Source: a virus (taxonomy: Duplodnaviria > Caudoviricetes). From it: DNA of 39,968 nucleotides. A program made the position numbers and the translations under genes. The stretch spans positions 1-39,968 of the IMG/VR virus record IMGVR_UViG_3300011437_000014; one strand, written 5' to 3'. A model generated the notes under the pieces. That model was not told the DNA's origin. It saw only the letters and a program-made list of their open reading frames with translations, and did no database searches. Every line of letters starts with the position of its first letter. Within the stretch, counting starts at the first letter, position 1. Positions 34,899 through 39,968 of this stretch are shown here, piece by piece.

Positions 34899-35243
34899 AT
34901 GTCCGTAACTTCTAAGAGAGTAGTTTCAATCTCCTTTACAGGAGATGTAAATGCACCAAATTTGGATTATCCGGCAGCAGATAATGCCTCTTCTCCTGGT
35001 ATTATAACTGAAACAGTTTTAGCTTTAGGGGCTAACACTATTACAGTTCCTACAGGATTTAAAGGCTTTACTATTATCCCTCCTTCCGGTAATACAACTT
35101 TAATTACTCTCAAAGGAGTTACGGGCGATACCGGAGTTCCTTTACATTTAACTGACCCTACCTCAATAGGTTTAGATAGCACTGAATCTACTTTTGTGCT
35201 TACAGCTGCGGCACAAGTAACAGTTCGTATTATCTGGACCTAA
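34899..35243 (+). CDS. Small beta-rich virion-like protein
   Basis: GAGG RBS; Thr/Gly-rich. Confidence 0.7.
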   Translation: MSVTSKRVVSISFTGDVNAPNLDYPAADNASSPGIITETVLALGANTITVPTGFKGFTIIPPSGNTTLITLKGVTGDTGVPLHLTDPTSIGLDSTESTFVLTAAAQVTVRIIWT

Positions 35244-35253
35244 AAGGTTAAAA

Positions 35254-35949
35254 ATGGCAACTCCTGTTGTTATAATGCAAAGTGCAGCTTCATTACTTAA
35301 TGATACTGCACGAAGAAAGTTTACGGATACTGCTTTAATTCCTTATCTTAATATTGCATTATTAGACTTACAGGAAATTTTTCAACTTAATAATATTCCT
35401 GTAACTAATGAAGTTAATTCTCCTCCTGTAACGGTAGCAGCAGGAATAGATAGAATTGCTTTTACAGGAACAGTTCCTACGTTACCTCCTGATTTAGTTG
35501 AAATTAGACAAATGTGGGAAAGTCCTGCGGGATTAAATCAATGGACTCCCATGAAGAAGTTTGAATTTTTACCTCATTATTTAGAAAATGGAATTACTTC
35601 TTCTCAGTTTATGTTGTGGGCTTGGATTGATGATGAAATTAAATTAATTGCAGCTAATGCTGATAATGATATAAAATTAAATTATATTAAAACTATTTTT
35701 CCTACCGTTACTGCAGCCAATAAAATTACAAATCTTAAAGGTGTATTATCTCAGTCTTATTTACAGTATAGAACCGCGGCACTTGCTGCTTTCTTTGTTG
35801 GAGAGAATGAGGATAGGGCAGCGGTTCTTAATGACCAAGCTAATGATGCAATGATGAAGAGTTTGCAAATTAGTACTAAAGGTAAGCAATCTATTTCAGT
35901 TCGTCGTAGACCTTTTAGGGCAGCTTTTAAAACTAGGAGTGTATTCTAG
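35254..35949 (+). CDS. Putative head-tail adaptor (tail tubular A-like)
   Basis: N-terminal helices 'AASLLND...LIPYLNIAL', beta insert and C-terminal helices; position fits. Confidence 0.6.
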   Translation: MATPVVIMQSAASLLNDTARRKFTDTALIPYLNIALLDLQEIFQLNNIPVTNEVNSPPVTVAAGIDRIAFTGTVPTLPPDLVEIRQMWESPAGLNQWTPMKKFEFLPHYLENGITSSQFMLWAWIDDEIKLIAANADNDIKLNYIKTIFPTVTAANKITNLKGVLSQSYLQYRTAALAAFFVGENEDRAAVLNDQANDAMMKSLQISTKGKQSISVRRRPFRAAFKTRSVF

Positions 35950-37439
35950 TGCCTCAAGGTGTTAGAAATCACCTTCCAGTTACACTGGATAAATTTAAAG
36001 GTCTTTGGAAAAGAGATGATAATGATGAATCTTGTCCACTAGACCATTTTAGAGATGGATTAAATGTTCAATTTCAAGATAAGACATTTAAAACTCGGGA
36101 TGGAATAGATGGAATTGCAGGACCGGGAGATATAATTAGAGCTTATAAATATAAATCTTCTACATTAGGAGAAGGAATTCTTGCATTAGATTCTTTTGGG
36201 GATTTTTATCATCAATCTTATGGTCCTGATATTACTCATGGTCCTATATTAAGTGTTGTAGGCGCTACAGATTTTGCATTTATTGAATTTGCTGGACGGG
36301 CTTATATTTCTCCAATTACAGGAAATCATGGAACTGTAGGAGAATTTTTATATGTTTATAGTGGGGCAGGAGGGGCTGCAGTAGCTAGAAAAGCGGCGGG
36401 AACAGGAGTTCCATCTAGTGCAATAGTAGCTGCTAATGGAGCTGCTGGATTTACTGATGCAGGATTACATATATTTGCAGTAGTAGGAGAAACAGATTCA
36501 GGTTATTTAAGTCCTCCTACTGGAATGGTTGCATTTACTACAGGTGCAACTTCATCAGTATCTTTTAGTTCTGTTCCAGTTTTTACGGGGAGTTTCTGGA
36601 CTAAACGTCATATTGTAGCATCTAAAGTAACTCTTAATTTTAATGGAGATTTAGAAGGGCAGCAATTTTATTTTATTCCTAATGCAATAATTAATGATAA
36701 TGTAACTACTGTATTAGCAAATATATCTTTTTATGATATTGAATTATTAGATGATGCTTCTCATTTAATTGATAATTATTCAGAGATTCCTGCTAGCGCG
36801 GTATTAACTTTTTATAATGGTAGATTAGTTATAGCTAATGGGGATTTTGGGGAAGGTGTAGCTTATCTTAGTGAGCCAGGAGAACCTGAAGCTATTGACC
36901 AAGTAGATGGATTTATTATTCCCCCAGAAAGAACCAATCATATAACTAATGCTCAAGAATTTAGGGATGTTCTTTATATTTTTAAGAAAGATAGAACTCA
37001 CAGTTATATAGATAACGGTGATGTTCCTTCTATGTGGAATGAACCTACTACTATTGATAACGGTATAGGGTGTGGATTTCATGGAATTGGAACAGTATTA
37101 GATTCTTTAGGTGTTAATATTGAATATCTTATAGTAGCTCATTCTTCTGGACTTTATCAATTTTCAGGAACTTATATTAAACCTGAATTATCTTGGAAAA
37201 TAGAAGATTATTGGAGAGGAATAGATGGTTCAGATAGAAAAACTCAAGTTTATGTAGATTCTATTAATAAATTAATTTATGTTTTATTACAAAATGGTCG
37301 GATGTTAATGGCTGATTTTAAAGATGCTTTAACAGCAGAAGATATTAAATGGATACCTTGGTCTTTTGATGCTTTTATCTCTACTATTCTCTTGTTAGAA
37401 GGACCAAGATTTATTCTTGGTTCATCCGGTAATCCCTAA
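35949..37439 (+). CDS. Putative tail nozzle / DNA-stabilisation protein (P22 gp10 / T7 gp12-like), N-terminal part
   Basis: 'FKGL...NVQF...KTRDG' start, 'FYNGRLVIA...YLSEPGEPE', 'LYIFKKD', 'GIGC' and 'LSWKIEDYW' propeller-type motifs. Confidence 0.65.
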   Translation: MPQGVRNHLPVTLDKFKGLWKRDDNDESCPLDHFRDGLNVQFQDKTFKTRDGIDGIAGPGDIIRAYKYKSSTLGEGILALDSFGDFYHQSYGPDITHGPILSVVGATDFAFIEFAGRAYISPITGNHGTVGEFLYVYSGAGGAAVARKAAGTGVPSSAIVAANGAAGFTDAGLHIFAVVGETDSGYLSPPTGMVAFTTGATSSVSFSSVPVFTGSFWTKRHIVASKVTLNFNGDLEGQQFYFIPNAIINDNVTTVLANISFYDIELLDDASHLIDNYSEIPASAVLTFYNGRLVIANGDFGEGVAYLSEPGEPEAIDQVDGFIIPPERTNHITNAQEFRDVLYIFKKDRTHSYIDNGDVPSMWNEPTTIDNGIGCGFHGIGTVLDSLGVNIEYLIVAHSSGLYQFSGTYIKPELSWKIEDYWRGIDGSDRKTQVYVDSINKLIYVLLQNGRMLMADFKDALTAEDIKWIPWSFDAFISTILLLEGPRFILGSSGNP

Positions 37440-38863
37440 TGGCCGCTCCAACCAATATTGACGCAGCATCCGCTACTCTAATCAGTAGCCTACCTTATAA
37501 TATCATTCAACAAGTAACAGATGGGGGAGTTTGTTATACTGTTTGGTATAAAATTGTAGGTATTCCTGGAACTTTAGGAATAAGTGTAACTGCAGCTAAT
37601 TCTAATGGAGCCGGGAGTTATGTTCCAGACCTTAGTTTTTATGAATCAGACGGTGTTACTCCAATAATAGGAACAAACCTTTTAAATCCAATACAAGTTG
37701 GAACTTTAGCAGCAGTTACATATTATATTGTAATTGAGCCAAATGTGCCTGATTTATCATCGGCACTAATGGAATTAACAGTTATTAATAATCCTACAGC
37801 TCCTATATTAGCTTCTTATATTTTAATTCCAGATGATTCTAATTCTTTTGCTCCCCTTCCAGGAGTAATTTATAATCCTAATACTAATGAAGTAATTAAC
37901 TTAGTATTTCCATTTGCACAAGGAGAAGGTGGAGATATATTTCAAAGCGGAGTAATAGTATTAGAAGATTTCCCAAATGATGGTATAGTTTTTTATGCTC
38001 CTGATTTTGATGTTATTACATCGATTAGTTTAGCTCCTAATTTTGGATTTATAGCAATTAGAGTTAATCACTTTTTAAATTTAGTTATAGTTTTAGCTGA
38101 TAAAGGAGCAACTAGTTTAATTAGAACTTACAATGATGCGGGTGTTCAACAATCAACAATTACTGCTGCATTTGGTGGTTCAGAATCAATAGCATTAGCT
38201 AATGATGGAACCACCATGTATTATACTTCTGGAGGAATAGTTAGAAGGTGGAATATTAGTCTTAATTCTGCAATGGCAGATTTTATGGCGGCAGTAGGAA
38301 CTTATACTTTATCAGATATTTTAGTATTAGACAATGACGATGTTTTAGTATTATATCCATCTAATTCAAGTGGAGGAAATGTTCTTGTTATAAGATATAA
38401 CTCTGCTGGAGTTTTACAACAAACATATGATTTAGGTGCCCCCAGTTTCGTATTTAATCCTTCTGGTGCTATCCCCCGGATGGGATATGATGCTAATGGG
38501 GGTCAAACAGCATTTTGGGTATATTGGTTTCCTGTTGCTGGGATTTCAAGGGCAAGTAAAATTCAAATTAGTGATGGTGCTGTTCTTTTAGAATCTAATA
38601 TTAATGCTCAGCAAGTTGGAGAATTTACTCTTCCAAATCCTAGTGTTAATTTTGGACCCAGTTTATCATGTCCTATTATTATTTTAGGGGATAATAATGT
38701 ATTTACTACTCCTGGAAATAATACAGATGGAACATTATTTGTTACAGGAAGTCCTCCAGGGCCGAATGCTTCAGGATTATATGAAATGATAATTGGAAAA
38801 ACAAATGATACTATTTGGGTAGATGTTAGTTTAGGCACTCAAACAGATGTTCCTATTCCTTAA
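37439..38863 (+). CDS. Beta-rich tail-associated protein (Ig-like N-terminus plus beta-propeller-like repeats)
   Basis: TAATG-coupled; 'TVWYK', 'TYYIVI', repeated 'IR.YN.AGV.Q.T'. Confidence 0.6.
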   Translation: MAAPTNIDAASATLISSLPYNIIQQVTDGGVCYTVWYKIVGIPGTLGISVTAANSNGAGSYVPDLSFYESDGVTPIIGTNLLNPIQVGTLAAVTYYIVIEPNVPDLSSALMELTVINNPTAPILASYILIPDDSNSFAPLPGVIYNPNTNEVINLVFPFAQGEGGDIFQSGVIVLEDFPNDGIVFYAPDFDVITSISLAPNFGFIAIRVNHFLNLVIVLADKGATSLIRTYNDAGVQQSTITAAFGGSESIALANDGTTMYYTSGGIVRRWNISLNSAMADFMAAVGTYTLSDILVLDNDDVLVLYPSNSSGGNVLVIRYNSAGVLQQTYDLGAPSFVFNPSGAIPRMGYDANGGQTAFWVYWFPVAGISRASKIQISDGAVLLESNINAQQVGEFTLPNPSVNFGPSLSCPIIILGDNNVFTTPGNNTDGTLFVTGSPPGPNASGLYEMIIGKTNDTIWVDVSLGTQTDVPIP

Positions 38864-38870
38864 ATAATAT

Positions 38871-39200
38871 ATGCCTTTCATAGAAACAGCTTATTTAGGA
38901 AGTCCCGGGGCTCCTGTATTTGATGATGCGGATAATGTGCATCATTGCTCTATGATTAGAGTTAGAGTAGTAGGAACAGGAAATCTCTTAGCTACTCTTT
39001 ATAACATGGAAGAGGAGTTTTCAGAAATTATTGACCCTATAGTAATGGCTACAACTAATCCTAATATTGCTGAAAGATTAACTAATTTCGGAGAACAGAG
39101 AATAAGTTTAAGATTAGAAACAACTGAGATTGATGAGATTTTTAGAATTACTAGAATTTCTTTTTATCTTAAGCAACTCTGGACTAGTTTACCAGGATAA
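38871..39200 (+). CDS. Tail protein resembling the C-terminal domain of nozzle proteins
   Basis: 'FIETAYLG...ISLRLET...FRITRISF' pattern. Confidence 0.5.
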   Translation: MPFIETAYLGSPGAPVFDDADNVHHCSMIRVRVVGTGNLLATLYNMEEEFSEIIDPIVMATTNPNIAERLTNFGEQRISLRLETTEIDEIFRITRISFYLKQLWTSLPG

Positions 39201-39604
39201 TGCCTTTTAAACCGCGAACTAATCTAACTGGAACTGATAATCTTAATGCTAATTCTCTAAGAGAAACATTAAGACATGCGGGATTACATAATAGCAATGA
39301 TACTGAAAAACAGGCATTATTTCAAACTATTGATACTTTACTATTAGAACTTGCGAGAACTACAGATTTAGCAAAAAGCTTACAAGCTCAAGTTTCTAAT
39401 TTAAATATTATTATTAATAATATTACTAATTTAGCCAGTTTATCGTCTTCTGGCATGTTGGGATTAGATGGATTAGATGGACAAGATGGACAGGATAGTT
39501 TAGTTCCCGGTCCTCAAGGTCCACAGGGTATTCAAGGATTAATGGGACCTCCGGGAATAGATGGGGAAGATGGTGAAGATTTTATGTATCTTGTAATTCC
39601 TTAG
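39200..39604 (+). CDS. Protein with coiled coil and collagen-like Gly-X-Y repeats
   Basis: GLDGLDGQDGQD...GPQGPQGIQGLMGPPGIDGEDGED. Confidence 0.75.
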   Translation: MPFKPRTNLTGTDNLNANSLRETLRHAGLHNSNDTEKQALFQTIDTLLLELARTTDLAKSLQAQVSNLNIIINNITNLASLSSSGMLGLDGLDGQDGQDSLVPGPQGPQGIQGLMGPPGIDGEDGEDFMYLVIP

Positions 39605-39613
39605 GAGAATAAA

Positions 39614-39958
39614 ATGGCTAGAATTCCAAAAAGACTCTATGGTCCTGCTTTAATTGCTACAGGTCCGACTACAGTTTATACAGTGCCTGCGTTAACTAAA
39701 ACAATTATTAGATATATTCATATTAGTAATCCATCGGGCGCTCCTGTTACATTTTCTCTTTCAATTGGAGCAGATGCAGCAGGAACTAGATTATATCAGA
39801 CTTATAGTATTCCGGCAGCGGCAGCAGGTGTAGTTGATTCTGTTAGACAGATATTTGTTTATCTTATCATGGATGCTGCTGAGATTTTAACTCTTTCAGC
39901 AGGAACTAATAATATTTTGGTTATTGCTATTAATGGTGATGAAATTGTCCTCGGCTAA
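39614..39958 (+). CDS. Small tail/fibre-associated protein
   Basis: AGGAG RBS; 'TTVYTVPA...IIRYIHISN' pattern common in phage tail modules. Confidence 0.7.
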   Translation: MARIPKRLYGPALIATGPTTVYTVPALTKTIIRYIHISNPSGAPVTFSLSIGADAAGTRLYQTYSIPAAAAGVVDSVRQIFVYLIMDAAEILTLSAGTNNILVIAINGDEIVLG

Positions 39959-39968
39959 TCCTTCTAAA

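Noticed and set aside
37434-37441. CCC-TAA +1 programmed frameshift joining tail ORFs
   Set aside because: The +1 frame stops within a few codons. The next ORF is in the -1 frame and is explained by TAATG coupling.
21281-38838. Antisense or nested ORFs in the right arm (21281-, 23196-, 24697+, 24898+, 25330+, 25950-, 27239-, 29015-, 30000-, 31623-, 32044-, 34374-, 34967-, 36825-, 38608-)
   Set aside because: Shadows of structural genes with no independent support.
1-39968. Stop-codon reassignment, introns/inteins, DGR or Z-genome (purZ) system
   Set aside because: Genes are intact in code 11 with all three stops used. Pol and TerL are of normal length. No reverse transcriptase, homing endonuclease or purZ-like ORF was seen.

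Overview
About 40 kb of an AT-rich dsDNA tailed-phage genome, probably podovirus-like and apparently lytic (no integrase or repressor is seen). The two arms diverge from a control region at about 19.1-21.3 kb. The left arm (minus strand, about 2.2-20.4 kb) holds early and replication genes: SprT-SNF2 helicase fusion, SLOG protein, Cas4/RecB-like nuclease, Sak4/AAA_24-like ATPase, SSB-like protein, family A DNA polymerase with an N-terminal UDG-like domain, DUF3987-like P-loop protein, Tad2/DUF2829-like anti-defence protein, tRNA-Leu(UAA) and many Zn-binding micro-ORFs. The right arm (plus strand, 21.3 kb to the end, probably continuing into 1-2205) holds a putative TerS, a cassette of signal-peptide proteins, TerL, portal, scaffold, major capsid protein, two paralogous decoration-like proteins, a double GT2 glycosyltransferase, adaptor/nozzle/fibre genes, the end of a large ejection-type protein and a SAM methyltransferase. 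The most striking structure is a ~450 bp diverged but exactly spaced mirror element (19131-19585). It has 11-bp phased iterons, a (TA)6 centre, G-tracts and a consensus sigma70 promoter, in a replication arm with no recognisable primase. Other notable signals are a TTA-free GC-rich early gene paired with a phage tRNA-Leu(UAA), an unannotated C2HC zinc-finger microprotein ending in a clamp-binding-like motif, several candidate structured RNAs, and genome-wide GATC avoidance with CGCG excess. All product calls come from motif recognition by eye; no database search was run.
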